The notes: generated by a model not told the origin, from the sequence alone. 64,000 bases of DNA from an uncultured Desulfosarcina sp. (GCA_963674945.2 CAXXWQ010000004.1:128001-192000); one strand, 5' to 3'. Shown: positions 48,224 to 58,704, numbered from the stretch's first letter. Numbers and translations: made by a program.

Positions 48224-49543
48224 TCATCCCATCATGGATGTCATTTCATCGACACTGGATTCAAAAGTAACCGACTCGCTTATGCCCTGTCGAAGAAAGC
48301 GATTAATGGGTTCGATCATCTCGATGGCCTGGTCGATCTTCGGATTGCTGCCCGCCGCATAGGCACCGATGTTGATGAGGTCTTCTGCTTTGCGGTAGGT
48401 GGCCATTAACTCTTTGATCCTGCCCGCGTTGAGCTTGTGTTCGAGATCGGTGATGTCTTCCATCACACGACTGATGCTTCTAAGGACGTCGATGGCAGGA
48501 TAGTGATTTTGGTTGGCCAGGTCCCTGGTGAGAACGATATGACCATCCAATATGGATCGTACCGTATCGGCAATGGGTTCATTCATATCGTCGCCTTCCA
48601 CAAGGACGGTGTACAAGCCGGTAATGGTACCCCGATGGGAAGAGGTACCTGCCCGTTCCAGCAATTTGGGCAACATGGAAAATACGGACGGGGTGTACCC
48701 CTTGGTAGTCGGTGGTTCCCCCAAGGAGAGACCGATCTCCCGTTGAGCCATGGCCAATCGCGTCACCGAATCCATCATCAGATTCACGTGTTTTCCCTGG
48801 TCACGGAAATATTCAGCAATGGCAGTGGCGATAAAACCGCCGCGCAATCGGACCAATGGAAGATGGTCGGAAGTGGCGACGACCACCACTGACTTTTTCA
48901 GTCCTTCCTCTCCGAGATCTTTCTGGATGAACTCATTGAGTTCCCTACCCCGCTCGCCGATAAGGGCAATGACATTCACCTCGGCAGAGGTGTATCGAGC
49001 GATCATTCCCAACAATACGCTCTTCCCGACGCCTGATCCGGCGAAGATGCCCATGCGTTGCCCACACCCCACGGTGAGTAATCCATTGATGGCACGAATG
49101 CCGAGATCCAATGGCTGCTCGATTCGATTCCGCAATAACGGATTTACCGGATTCGCATAGATGGGATACGCATCTTCGTCAACAATGGGTCCTTTCCCAT
49201 CGATTGGATTTCCAAGCCCGTCGATAACCCGTCCCAAGAGTCCCGGCCCAACTCCTACCTGGGCTTTCTCTTTTCGTGCAACCACCTTGCATCCAGGACC
49301 GAGACTACGTATATCCTCCAATGGCATCAGCAGAACTGCGTCTTCCTTGAACCCCAAGACTTCTGCACTGACCCCGCGGTTTCCGCCCTCGGTCAGGATA
49401 TCGCAAACGGCTCCGATTTGTGATGCCGGTCCGGTGGCTTCGATTACCATTCCGACGACCTTCTGGATGCGACCGCTGGCCCGAATGGGAACGCTGGCAT
49501 CCACGGCATCGATGTATTTATCCAAAAAGAAAGATTGGAGCAT
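48224..49543 (-). CDS. fliI: Flagellar export ATPase
   Basis: [31 protein letters not shown]. Confidence 0.97.
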   Translation of the reverse strand: MLQSFFLDKYIDAVDASVPIRASGRIQKVVGMVIEATGPASQIGAVCDILTEGGNRGVSAEVLGFKEDAVLLMPLEDIRSLGPGCKVVARKEKAQVGVGPGLLGRVIDGLGNPIDGKGPIVDEDAYPIYANPVNPLLRNRIEQPLDLGIRAINGLLTVGCGQRMGIFAGSGVGKSVLLGMIARYTSAEVNVIALIGERGRELNEFIQKDLGEEGLKKSVVVVATSDHLPLVRLRGGFIATAIAEYFRDQGKHVNLMMDSVTRLAMAQREIGLSLGEPPTTKGYTPSVFSMLPKLLERAGTSSHRGTITGLYTVLVEGDDMNEPIADTVRSILDGHIVLTRDLANQNHYPAIDVLRSISRVMEDITDLEHKLNAGRIKELMATYRKAEDLINIGAYAAGSNPKIDQAIEMIEPINRFLRQGISESVTFESSVDEMTSMMG

Positions 49544-49641
49544 CGTATTGGTCTTGTTTCATTATCGAATCGGTTCGAGATTTCATGTCGGCACAAACGG
49601 TCCTGTCAAGTGGAAAGGTTGTCACTTGTCACCATTGACTG

Positions 49642-50352
49642 TTATGAGGCTGGCGTCTTCGGCAGTTGGGCATCGAGCATCTCTTCAATGACTTTCATCT
49701 GTTGATCGATTCTGGCATCCACATCCCCGAGTTTGGTCTCGATGATACACCCCCCGCGTAAAATCGCATCATCGGCTTCGATTTTAAGAAAGGCGGCCAT
49801 ATCATCACCTGACACCAGATCTCCCTGGAATTCTTTCACCGTTTCCACATCTTCGGGATGCAGCCGCAATGTTATTTGGCGCTGATCGGACACCTTTTCC
49901 ATGGCCAGCTTGACCACCTGGCGGATGACCTTGCCATTTTCAGCCTCCTGCCCGATGATTCGTTTTGTGATTGCCAATGCCAACCGGACGGTTTCAATCT
50001 CCATCAGTTCCACGTCCCGTTGCCGTACTCTCTTCATCTCCTCGACCACCGTTGTCAGGGCAATTGTTGCCTGATGGACTTTTTCCCGATGCGAAGCGAT
50101 GACCTCATTGCGTCCTTTATCCACACCTTCATTGAAGGCCGCTTGAATTGCCTGTTCATCCATTTTCGGCGCATGGGAGTCTTCGACGGGAGGTGATGGC
50201 GCCTTTTCATTTCGCGCGGCCCCTTGCGTAAACATTTCAGAATTGCCGGATACGCTTGAGGCCTTTTTTGTATCGCAGGAAATTTCCGGGAAAAGATACA
50301 GCTCGCAGGAATTTTTAGATTGCTGAAGATTATTTTTTTGTGAATCAGCCAA
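49642..50352 (-). CDS. fliH: Flagellar assembly protein
   Basis: AFNEG...G, LRLHPED, GGCIIET...DARI. Confidence 0.9.
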   Translation of the reverse strand: MADSQKNNLQQSKNSCELYLFPEISCDTKKASSVSGNSEMFTQGAARNEKAPSPPVEDSHAPKMDEQAIQAAFNEGVDKGRNEVIASHREKVHQATIALTTVVEEMKRVRQRDVELMEIETVRLALAITKRIIGQEAENGKVIRQVVKLAMEKVSDQRQITLRLHPEDVETVKEFQGDLVSGDDMAAFLKIEADDAILRGGCIIETKLGDVDARIDQQMKVIEEMLDAQLPKTPAS

Positions 50353-51313
50353 CGAATTCCTCCCCTCCCCTTCCGCTAATCACCAATTCACCTTTTCTTT
50401 CCATATCCTGAATGATTTTTGTTATCTTGCGCTGCGCATCGGCCACTTCTTTGATCCGAACGGCACCTGACACTTCCATCTCTTCTTTCAGTATCTCGCT
50501 TGCCCGCTCAGACATGTTTCTGAATATCTTCTCTTTTACGTCGTCTGCAGATGCCTTAAGAGCAACAGCCAGCTCCTGGGACTCCACGCTGCGAAGTACC
50601 TTTTGCAGCCCTCTATCATCAACGAGTATGATGTCATCGAAAACGAACATGTTCTGACGGATCTCTTCGGCCAGGTCCGGATCCTCTTCCTCAATATCTT
50701 CGATGATCTGCTCCGTCGTTGTCCCGTCGATCATATTCAGTATTTCCGCGAGGCGAGGTACACCGCCGGCCTTTTCGACGGTGGACGTTTCATTTTTCGA
50801 TAGGATCTCTTCAAATACATGGTCGATCTCTTCCAACATGCCGGAAGATACGTTATCCAGATTGGCGATTCGCCAAGCGACATCGGACTTCAATTCGTCC
50901 GGGAGAAGCGTCATCACATCGCTCGCATGCTGCGGCTCAAGATGGGCAAGAATCAAGGATATTGTCTGGGGATGCTCATTTTGAATATGCTGGATAAGCT
51001 TATCGGGAGCAATGGATTGAATGGATTTTAATTTCTTATCCTTCAGATCATCTAAAATGTCGTCGGGGATGCCGTCACCCTTGCTCTCGCTTTTATTCTC
51101 GATTTGCTTTGGCGGTGTTGCTTTTTCCAAAAACTCCTTGGCAACACTCTCGACCAATGCCGGCGATATTTCCCCGAGCCTGGATGAGAGCTTGAAAATT
51201 AAATTTCGCTCCGATCGATTGAGTTGGCTCATCACCGGACTTAGGACATCCCATCCCAAGGCATGTACGAGTATAGCCGCCTTTAACGATCCGATAAGAT
51301 TTTGTGGGTCCAT
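50345..51313 (-). CDS. fliG: Rotor/switch protein
   Basis: KAAIL, EHPQTI, MFVFDDI, NMSERA. Confidence 0.96.
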   Translation of the reverse strand: MDPQNLIGSLKAAILVHALGWDVLSPVMSQLNRSERNLIFKLSSRLGEISPALVESVAKEFLEKATPPKQIENKSESKGDGIPDDILDDLKDKKLKSIQSIAPDKLIQHIQNEHPQTISLILAHLEPQHASDVMTLLPDELKSDVAWRIANLDNVSSGMLEEIDHVFEEILSKNETSTVEKAGGVPRLAEILNMIDGTTTEQIIEDIEEEDPDLAEEIRQNMFVFDDIILVDDRGLQKVLRSVESQELAVALKASADDVKEKIFRNMSERASEILKEEMEVSGAVRIKEVADAQRKITKIIQDMERKGELVISGRGGEEFVG

Positions 51314-51373
51314 GGTTTTCTATTTTTCTATGGCGCCGTATTCCAATGGGCACATTACATCGCCTGTGTTTCT

Positions 51374-52969
51374 TCAGGTCTCTTGAAGCCAGGACTTCAT
51401 CAGTTTGGTTGAACCGGTATTATTATCGGTGATCAGATTTTTCAGTTGTCCCGTGTAGCTATTCTCGTCTTCCGCCTGAGCATAACGTCGTTCTAACTCC
51501 TTGATCGTTTGGGGAAGCTGTTCTATCATCTGAATTTCCTCCATGGGAGTAGATGTGAGCCATCTTGCCAACGGTTTTACGACCATAAAGTAAGACAGAA
51601 GAATAAATAATCCCGCCGCACCATATTTTATCAATGTCTGGTTGTTGCGGATCATCTCCATCCAGGCAATCGCCTTGGGTTCTTCTTCCAACTCAGGCAT
51701 CACGTCCACCTGGAAGGGAATGTTTACCACTTCGATCCTATCACCGCGGGACTCATCATAATCGACGGCACTTTTCACGATATTTTCAAGTTTTGCCATT
51801 TCCACTTCGCTTCGGGGAACATATGTGGCTTGATCCGATTCGGCGCCCTCCTCCGGTGGCTTATAGGTACCGTCGACGACCACGGCAACCGACAATCGCT
51901 GGATACTTCCCACCGGCATAATCTGCCGATTGACCATTTTTCCTACTTCATAATTTTTCGTAAATTGCTGTTTCTGGCTGCTTATCCCATCTTGTGTCTC
52001 AGATGTCGTCGTTCCTGGAACGACATTTGATTGAAGACCGGGAATACCGGCGACGCGATCAGAATCATTTGCAATTGAATTAGAACTCTGCTCGCTTCGA
52101 ATGACAGAGTTTTCCGGAAGGTAGAGTTCCTCTGTTTTTTCCTGCTGTGTAAAGTTGAGAAGACAGGACACCCGGACGATGGCCTTATCCATTCCAAGAA
52201 CGCTTTCCAGCATTGTTTTGACCCTGTTCTCCAAAAGTCTCTCTTTTTTCTCTTGGAAGGCGAGCTGGTTGGATGTGATCTGTTGGATACCATTTTCTTC
52301 TTTCATACCGGCAAGCATCTTCCCGGTATCATCGACAATGGTTACATCTTCCGGTTGAAGCCGGGAAACACTCGATGAGATCAGGTGCACGATACCCTGG
52401 ATCTGCTCCTTACTAAGATATCTACCTCTTCTCAACTTCAGGATTACAGAGGCGGTGGCGGGTTCTTCCTCCTCGATGAATAAGGATTTAGCAGGCATGA
52501 CGATGTGAACACGTGAACTCTCCACTTCCATCAACGTGTTGATGGTCCGGCTCAATTCGCCTTGAAGCGCGCGTTGATAGTTGACGTTCTGAACAAACTC
52601 GGTCATCCCCAATTTTGCATCATCAAACACCTCGAAGCCGATTCCCGTTCCGCGGGGCAAACCCTCGGAGGCCAATTGTAAGCGCGTCTCGTAAATTTTC
52701 TCATAGGGTATGAGTACGCCTTTCCCATCCATTGTTAGCTTGTATGGAATCTGATTTTCCTTAAGCTTTGTTACGATTTCGGCGGCATCTTCCGGTGCCA
52801 AATTGCTGTATAAGGGATGAAGATCGTCGGTTCCCGACCAAGTCAGAAAATATACCATTCCAGCAATGGTCCCACCGACCAAAATGGCCATGGTCACCAA
52901 TTTGCCTGTAGAGAGGCCCCTTATTGCCAACTTTGCTTGCTGCGGAAACATTGCTAGAGAAAAAGCCAT
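51374..52969 (-). CDS. fliF: MS-ring protein
   Basis: GFEVFD...NYQRALQGELSRTI, ASVIL, RLSVAVVV, two TMs. Confidence 0.96.
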   Translation of the reverse strand: MAFSLAMFPQQAKLAIRGLSTGKLVTMAILVGGTIAGMVYFLTWSGTDDLHPLYSNLAPEDAAEIVTKLKENQIPYKLTMDGKGVLIPYEKIYETRLQLASEGLPRGTGIGFEVFDDAKLGMTEFVQNVNYQRALQGELSRTINTLMEVESSRVHIVMPAKSLFIEEEEPATASVILKLRRGRYLSKEQIQGIVHLISSSVSRLQPEDVTIVDDTGKMLAGMKEENGIQQITSNQLAFQEKKERLLENRVKTMLESVLGMDKAIVRVSCLLNFTQQEKTEELYLPENSVIRSEQSSNSIANDSDRVAGIPGLQSNVVPGTTTSETQDGISSQKQQFTKNYEVGKMVNRQIMPVGSIQRLSVAVVVDGTYKPPEEGAESDQATYVPRSEVEMAKLENIVKSAVDYDESRGDRIEVVNIPFQVDVMPELEEEPKAIAWMEMIRNNQTLIKYGAAGLFILLSYFMVVKPLARWLTSTPMEEIQMIEQLPQTIKELERRYAQAEDENSYTGQLKNLITDNNTGSTKLMKSWLQET

Positions 52970-52990
52970 TTCGACTCCTTACCCTTTATT

Positions 52991-53293
52991 CTATATGGAC
53001 ATCTTACGAATTTCATCATAAGCGGAAACGAGTTTATTTCTAACCTGCATCACCAATTCGAAGGAAACTTCGGCTTTTTGCATGGCAATCATGGTGCCGT
53101 GAATGTCCTTGTTCCTTCCAGTGGTCAGGTCCTCGATGGCCTGGTCCGCATCAACAAGTTCTCGATTAACCTCTTTCAACGACTGTTTCATATAGTCGCC
53201 GAAGGATTCTTTGGGCTGTTCCATTTGCCCCTTCTCAGGTGCATTCAAGGAAGGGAAGACAGTTTGTAGGTTAGATATTGTCAGATCGTTCAT
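52991..53293 (-). CDS. fliE: Hook-basal body protein
   Basis: MIAMQKA...QVRNKLVSAYDEI. Confidence 0.95.
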   Translation of the reverse strand: MNDLTISNLQTVFPSLNAPEKGQMEQPKESFGDYMKQSLKEVNRELVDADQAIEDLTTGRNKDIHGTMIAMQKAEVSFELVMQVRNKLVSAYDEIRKMSI

Positions 53294-53730
53294 GAATTCC
53301 TTCCTATATCCAGGGCCATACCGGCCATGTCCTTGGTAGCCCGTATGGCAGTTGTATTGGCTTCGAAACTTCTGCTTGCCGAAATCATGTTCACCATCTC
53401 TTCGATGATATTGACATTCGGCAATTGGATGAACCCGTTCTCATCCGCATCGGGATGGCCCGGATCATATTTTTCCACGAAAGGTTTTTCGTCTTCGATA
53501 ATCCGCGAAATCTTAACGCCACCGGCCTGTGCATCCAGTTGCGATTGTAACTCTTCCTGAAAATTTGGGGTTGAGACCGCTTCGAAGATCACGTCCTTGC
53601 GTTTGTATGGCTCCCCGGTTTCCGTTTTTGTCGTGTTCACATTGGCCATGTTGCTGGAAATCAGGTTCATTCTGAGCCGCTGTGCGGCAAGACCCGTCGA
53701 ACTAATGGATAGGCTGTCGAAAAAATTCAT
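53290..53730 (-). CDS. flgC: Proximal rod protein
   Basis: YDPGHPDA...PNVN...EMVNMISASRSFEAN. Confidence 0.97.
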   Translation of the reverse strand: MNFFDSLSISSTGLAAQRLRMNLISSNMANVNTTKTETGEPYKRKDVIFEAVSTPNFQEELQSQLDAQAGGVKISRIIEDEKPFVEKYDPGHPDADENGFIQLPNVNIIEEMVNMISASRSFEANTTAIRATKDMAGMALDIGRNS

Positions 53731-53731
53731 T

Positions 53732-54163
53732 TTACGGCTTCCCTTCGGCCAGAGCCTTTTTCAGCCCCTTGAATTTCGATGAAATAATCTGGGCCGATGC
53801 TTTGTACAGCAGGCTGTTTTTGGCAAGCTCGGCCATCTCTTCATCGATGTTTACCCCATTTTTATCTCCCCGAATGAGCAATGCATCGTCCGCAGTCGTT
53901 CTTGCATGCTTTTTCGCATCATCTACTGAACTTTGTGTTCCGGGAAGGTGTTGATCGTCCGTTTGCCGTAATGTCGTGTCAGGAGGCAGGGACGAATTTT
54001 GTTGAAGTGCCTGTTCAACATTTAAAGCAAAGGGCTTGTAATTGGGTGTATCGGCATTGGCAACATTGTTCAGAATCATCTCGTGGTTTCGGGCACGCAA
54101 ATCCATCGAACGGGACAAGACGGCGATGGTGCCACCAAATAAATCTACTGGATTGTTTCCCAT
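53732..54163 (-). CDS. flgB: Proximal rod protein
   Basis: NNVANADTPNYK and NGVNIDEEMA. Confidence 0.95.
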   Translation of the reverse strand: MGNNPVDLFGGTIAVLSRSMDLRARNHEMILNNVANADTPNYKPFALNVEQALQQNSSLPPDTTLRQTDDQHLPGTQSSVDDAKKHARTTADDALLIRGDKNGVNIDEEMAELAKNSLLYKASAQIISSKFKGLKKALAEGKP

Positions 54164-54202
54164 GGTAAACCCCTTGTCATTGCATTTGTTATCGTTTCGT
54201 TG

Positions 54203-54218
54203 AGCAAGTTATGTACCA
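54203..54218 (-). promoter_or_regulatory. Sigma54 promoter of the flgB operon
   Basis: TGGTAC-ATAAC-TTGCT; GTCAA-N4-TTGTC box at 54304-54317. Confidence 0.8.
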
Positions 54219-54315
54219 CTCTTCCAGCAACAATTTAACAACCTGTTATTTTAGGATATTTTTTTTGTCTCGCTTTTCTTCTCATTCTTCAACCGGTAAA
54301 ACCGTCAATGTCTTG

Positions 54316-55743
54316 TCATCGTTCTTCGGTTGCCGTCTCATTTCGGTATTCGTTCAGTTTGTTCCGAAGGGTGCGTATGCTGATTCCCAGCATTTTGGCG
54401 GCATGGGTGCGGTTGTCATCGACCTTGTTCAACGTGTCGAAAATCAATTTCTTTTCCATCTCTCGAACGGTCAATCCCGTTGTTAACGGATCCATGGCGT
54501 CTGCAGGTGCATCCGCATAATCCAAAAGAAGGTGGCCGGGTTGTAGCTCTGGACCGTCACCGATCAAGACCCCACGTTCCATGGTATTTTCCAGCTCACG
54601 GACGTTTCCAGGCCATGTCCGCTCCGAAAGTTTGGCCATGGCTGCCGCAGAAATCCTTTTCATGGGAATCTTGTTTTTGCCGGTGAAACGACGGAAAAAA
54701 TGCTCGGCAAGCAACGGAATGTCGCCTTTTCGTTCACGTAGTGGTGGAATCGTCAAAGGAATGACATTGAGCCGATAGTAGAGATCTTCCCGGAAATCTC
54801 CCATCGTTACGGCTTTTCTCAAATCACGATTGCTAATGGCAATAATCCGGGTATCGATTGGGATGGAGGCGTTTCCTCCTATCCGAACGATCTCTTTTTC
54901 CTGTAAGGCACGTAGCAATTTGGCTTGCAGCGGCAATGCCATCTCCGTGACCTCATCGAGCACCAGTGTTCCGTTGTGAGCGATTTCAAATTTGCCGATC
55001 TTTCTGGAAACAGCCCCCGTAAAAGCGCCTTTTTCGTGCCCGAACAACTCGCTTTCGGCCAGATGGTCCGGCAGGGCTGCGCAATTCACCGCTACATAGG
55101 CGTTCTTTTCCCGGCCACTGCAACTGTGAATAAATAGTGCCAGGAGTTCCTTGCCGGTTCCACTTTCACCGGTCACCATGACCGTCGCCGTACTCGATGC
55201 GACTTTCTTGGCAATCTCGAGCAAGTGCAAAAGCGCATGGTCCTGCGTGATAAAGGATTTTTCATCACCGGAAGGGTATGCACCGGATGCGTTGCCGTTG
55301 ACGCTTTTTTTTGCGGCCCTTGCAAATGCCTGTTCGACCAATTCGGAACATGTAATATCAATAATGTAATCGGTTGCCCCCGCTTGCATGGCCTCTATTA
55401 CATCGTGGGCAGAGCAGTGACCCGATCCCATCATCGCATATACCGACGACGATGCCTGCTTGATCTGCCCGATCAGATCCACGCCAGGCATGTCCTCCAG
55501 TATCTGGTCCGTGTACATGATTTGAAACGATTGTTTTCGTGCCAGTTCCCATGCTTCTTTACCGCTGTGGCAGAAAACACATTGAAAAGTATTGGTTTTT
55601 GACAGGATCTTGGCCATATGCGTTTGCATTTGTTGGCCATTGACCGCCAATAATACAGAAAGTTTTCTCTCTTCGTCCATTCGCCGCTGGTTTTCTGGGT
55701 TCATCGTATATCGGAAAAACCTTGCCTGCTCTGTCATCCGCAA
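54316..55743 (-). CDS. Sigma54-dependent activator (FleR/FlrC-like) with an atypical receiver domain
   Basis: GESGTGKE, ESELFGHEKGAFTGA, WPGNVRELEN and Fis-HTH LGISIRTLRNKL. Start uncertain (55737/55704/55680). Confidence 0.9.
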   Translation of the reverse strand: MRMTEQARFFRYTMNPENQRRMDEERKLSVLLAVNGQQMQTHMAKILSKTNTFQCVFCHSGKEAWELARKQSFQIMYTDQILEDMPGVDLIGQIKQASSSVYAMMGSGHCSAHDVIEAMQAGATDYIIDITCSELVEQAFARAAKKSVNGNASGAYPSGDEKSFITQDHALLHLLEIAKKVASSTATVMVTGESGTGKELLALFIHSCSGREKNAYVAVNCAALPDHLAESELFGHEKGAFTGAVSRKIGKFEIAHNGTLVLDEVTEMALPLQAKLLRALQEKEIVRIGGNASIPIDTRIIAISNRDLRKAVTMGDFREDLYYRLNVIPLTIPPLRERKGDIPLLAEHFFRRFTGKNKIPMKRISAAAMAKLSERTWPGNVRELENTMERGVLIGDGPELQPGHLLLDYADAPADAMDPLTTGLTVREMEKKLIFDTLNKVDDNRTHAAKMLGISIRTLRNKLNEYRNETATEER

Positions 55744-55804
55744 GTGAGACTCACCATTTAAAAATATGGCCGACGCCCGACCTGGACGCCGCGTAAATAC
55801 TTAT

Positions 55805-55820
55805 AGCAAATATGTTGCCA
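55805..55820 (-). promoter_or_regulatory. Sigma54 promoter of the FleR/FlrC-like gene
   Basis: TGGCAA-CATAT-TTGCT; GTCA-N6-TGAC box at 55974-55987. Confidence 0.75.
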
Positions 55821-55934
55821 TACATTCTTGTGGAGGGAATTGAATGGGATAGTTTTATGATATAATTGAATAACTATTTAATATAAAAGCTTTTTAATAG
55901 TTTGTGGGTAAGGTGTGAGATTGGTGGCATACGC

Positions 55935-55959
55935 TTGCAGGCGGGCAACCCGCCTGCAA
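55935..55959. terminator. 11-bp stem hairpin downstream of the FleQ-like gene
   Basis: TTGCAGGCGGG-CAA-CCCGCCTGCAA; no U-tract on the minus strand. Confidence 0.45.
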
Positions 55960-56056
55960 AAGGCAGAAGTGGCGTCATGGGATTGACAGAACAAAAATTG
56001 GTGAAGAAGCGGGCCAAAGGAAGGACAGGGGATCGTTTAGCCTGTATGTCTCCCCT

Positions 56057-57103
56057 CTATGCGCATTGTTGAAGTTCGTACCGTTTGATTTTTTCCACAA
56101 GGGTAGTGCGTTTCACTTGAAGCAGCTTGGCGGCCTGGTTTTTTACCCATTTGGTCTTTTCGAGAGATTGATAGATCAATCGTTTTTCAAATTCACTCAC
56201 TGCCGTATTCAGACAAAGCCCATCACCCGTGATTTCGGGAATCGGCATGCAGGAATTCGGCGCTTGGGCTTTCATCTTAACCGGCAGGTCGTCGACGTCG
56301 AGTTCGCCCTCTCCTTTAATCACCACCAATCGCTCCATGAGATTGGAGAGTTCCCTGACATTTCCGGGCCAATCGTGGTGCATGAGAACGTTGATTGCCG
56401 CATCGGAAATAGAATCGACATGGGTATTGAGACGATGGTTCAGTGTTTTCAAAAAATGAGAAACAAAGTGTGGAATATCCAAGTTGCGCTCGCGCAATGC
56501 GGGAAGTTTTATTGGAATCACATAGAGCCGATAAAACAGATCTTCACGAAAGTTGCCTTTTTGCACCTCCTCTTCCAGATCACGATGGGTGGCTGCGACG
56601 ATACGCACATCGACGGTAACGGTCTTGCAACTGCCAACGGGTTCGAAGCAGCGTTCTTCCAAAACCTTCAGGATCTTGACCTGGAGATCCGGGCTCATAT
56701 CTCCGATTTCATCCAAAAATATCGTTCCACCGTTGGCTGCTTCGAACTTGCCGACTTTGTTTGCCGTAGCACCGGTAAACGCACCTTTCAGATGTCCGAA
56801 GAGTTCACTCTCCAGAAGGTTTTCGGGAATGGCACCGCAATTGATGGAGACAAAGGGTTGGTCTCGGCGGTAAGACTGCTTGTGGATGGCATGGGCGATC
56901 ATCCCTTTTCCGGTTCCGGTCTCACCATTTATTAAAATGGTACTGTCGCTGTCCGCCACCCGCTCGATCAGACGAAAGATTTTTTTCATCTGTTGGCTTT
57001 CGCCGACAATTCCTCTGAAAGCGTCGATCTCCTTTGCCTCCATCGGGTTACCGTCCACAATATCTTCCCTGACATCACCGTCAATTTTTGCAAATGCTTG
57101 CAC
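56057..57103 (-). CDS. Sigma54-dependent activator (FleQ/FlrA-like), AAA+ and HTH only
   Basis: GETGTGK, NCGAIPENLLESELFGHLKGAFTGA and the HTH KRTTLVEKIKRY resembling FleQ; no N-terminal sensor. GTG start follows AAGGAGG. Confidence 0.88.
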   Translation of the reverse strand: MQAFAKIDGDVREDIVDGNPMEAKEIDAFRGIVGESQQMKKIFRLIERVADSDSTILINGETGTGKGMIAHAIHKQSYRRDQPFVSINCGAIPENLLESELFGHLKGAFTGATANKVGKFEAANGGTIFLDEIGDMSPDLQVKILKVLEERCFEPVGSCKTVTVDVRIVAATHRDLEEEVQKGNFREDLFYRLYVIPIKLPALRERNLDIPHFVSHFLKTLNHRLNTHVDSISDAAINVLMHHDWPGNVRELSNLMERLVVIKGEGELDVDDLPVKMKAQAPNSCMPIPEITGDGLCLNTAVSEFEKRLIYQSLEKTKWVKNQAAKLLQVKRTTLVEKIKRYELQQCA

Positions 57104-57734
57104 TCCCCTGCCTCCTTGAATTCAGTAATGTGAAAAAGACAAAGCTACTGTATGCATTTTGTTTGCCGGAATTGTAAGGCTTCGTCACGATGGACTGCGT
57201 TCAGCGGTTCAGCGGGGCAACGGACAGGACGGGTCACACAAGATGTTGATGCGCTTTTTTCAGCAAGCCTCATGGATTGTATTCGACCTTCAATGAAACA
57301 AAATCCGTACCAACGCAACAAAATGCCGAAATCGTCAATAATATGACAAATACAGTCGGTTCCCAGATATCCATCATTGCAATTTGCAAAAACAAGGGTC
57401 ACTCGCCATTTCATCCCAACCGTACTATCGTCCACTTTGCAAAGCTGTTCAAAAATCTTTTATTTAATGTTTTTCCAGAGTGTTACTACATTTGCCAATC
57501 CTGAGTAAGCTCATTTTCACCGCAGCATGCGAAGGATGCAATAACACCATTTGCACCTTTTGCAAATTGCAACTATTTGCAAATTGCACATACATGTCAG
57601 CAGTTCCGGTCACTCCTATCAAAGCTGACTTCTCGTACTGGAACAATTGGATTTTCATTGGGTTTTCGCACAACGATGTGTCGTTCTCTTTATGGGCTCG
57701 CTTTCATTTGGTTCATCCGCACCCACATTTTCCC

Positions 57735-57761
57735 TAAAGAAAAAATCCCATAGATCGATAA
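57735..57761 (+). promoter_or_regulatory. Sigma28 promoter of flagellin
   Basis: TAAAGAAA-N11-ATCGATAA, about 120 nt upstream of the ATG. Confidence 0.75.
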
Positions 57762-57879
57762 TAGGGTTGTACGGCGCAAATACAAAATGAAAGGGGGCGT
57801 TGATCAATCCGAAGTACCAGGCGCCATCCAAAACAAATGGCAAGAATGCCAACACTACACCTAGAAAAGGAGAAAGACC

Positions 57880-58704
57880 ATGAGTATCGCATTAACCGCA
57901 GGAATGAGAGCAAATCTTCTGAGCTTGCAGAACACCTCCCAAATGATGGAGAACACCCAGAAGAAACTTTCCACCGGTAAAAAAGTCAACACCGCCCTGG
58001 ATGATCCAGTCAATTTCTTCAAAGCAAAAGACCATAATGACCGTGCAGATGATTTGTCTGCCAAGAAAGATGGTATGAAGGAAGCGATTCAGACCATTGA
58101 GGCGGCAAACACGGGTATCGAGTCCATTTATGATCTGCTGGACCAGATGAAATCTCTTGCCCAGGCCGCAAAAACTTCTGAGAATACGACTGACCTGGAA
58201 GGACAGTTCAACACAATCCGAAGTCAAATCGCCGACCTGGCAGCAGATTCGAATTACGGCGGGAAAAATTTACTGGAAGGCGACGACCTGGCAGTCGAAT
58301 TCGACGAAAGCGCAACGCACAAACTGACCGTTTCCGGTTTTAATGCCAACAATGCCGGTACGATCGTAACCTCTGGCTCTTCTCCACAGACGATTATTAT
58401 CGCTGCTGCCGACTTTTCCGGTGCAACAGGGGTCGAAAGTGCCGTTGCGGAAATTGACAGTGCCGTCACCGCGATGCGCACCGAAGCACAAAAGCTTGCC
58501 TCAAACCTGTCCACCATCTCCATTCGCGAAGATTTCACGGACAACATGATTACCACATTGAACACCGGTGCCGATAACCTGACACTGGCGGATATGAATG
58601 AAGAAGGTGCCAATATGCTGATGCTGCAGACAAGGCAGCAGCTGGGTACCACTTCCTTGTCCATGTCCTCCCAGGCGGCCCAAGCTGTATTAGGGTTGTT
58701 CTAA
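57880..58704 (+). CDS. fliC: Flagellin (short, alphaproteobacterial type)
   Basis: LTAGMRANLLSLQNT...LSTGKKVNTALDDPVNFF N-terminus and LTLADMNEEGANMLMLQTRQQL...VLGLF C-terminus. Confidence 0.93.
   Translation: MSIALTAGMRANLLSLQNTSQMMENTQKKLSTGKKVNTALDDPVNFFKAKDHNDRADDLSAKKDGMKEAIQTIEAANTGIESIYDLLDQMKSLAQAAKTSENTTDLEGQFNTIRSQIADLAADSNYGGKNLLEGDDLAVEFDESATHKLTVSGFNANNAGTIVTSGSSPQTIIIAAADFSGATGVESAVAEIDSAVTAMRTEAQKLASNLSTISIREDFTDNMITTLNTGADNLTLADMNEEGANMLMLQTRQQLGTTSLSMSSQAAQAVLGLF

Noticed and set aside
55925..55939. Plus-strand TGGCAT...TTGCA resembling a sigma54 promoter
   Set aside because: GG-to-GC spacing is 9 rather than 10, it overlaps a hairpin, and no plus-strand gene follows.
56066..56935. 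289-aa plus-strand ORF
   Set aside because: Antisense shadow of the conserved sigma54 activator.
57145..57855. Several 60-96 aa ORFs between the FleQ-like gene and flagellin
   Set aside because: Overlapping and motif-less; the region contains promoter and operator-like elements instead.
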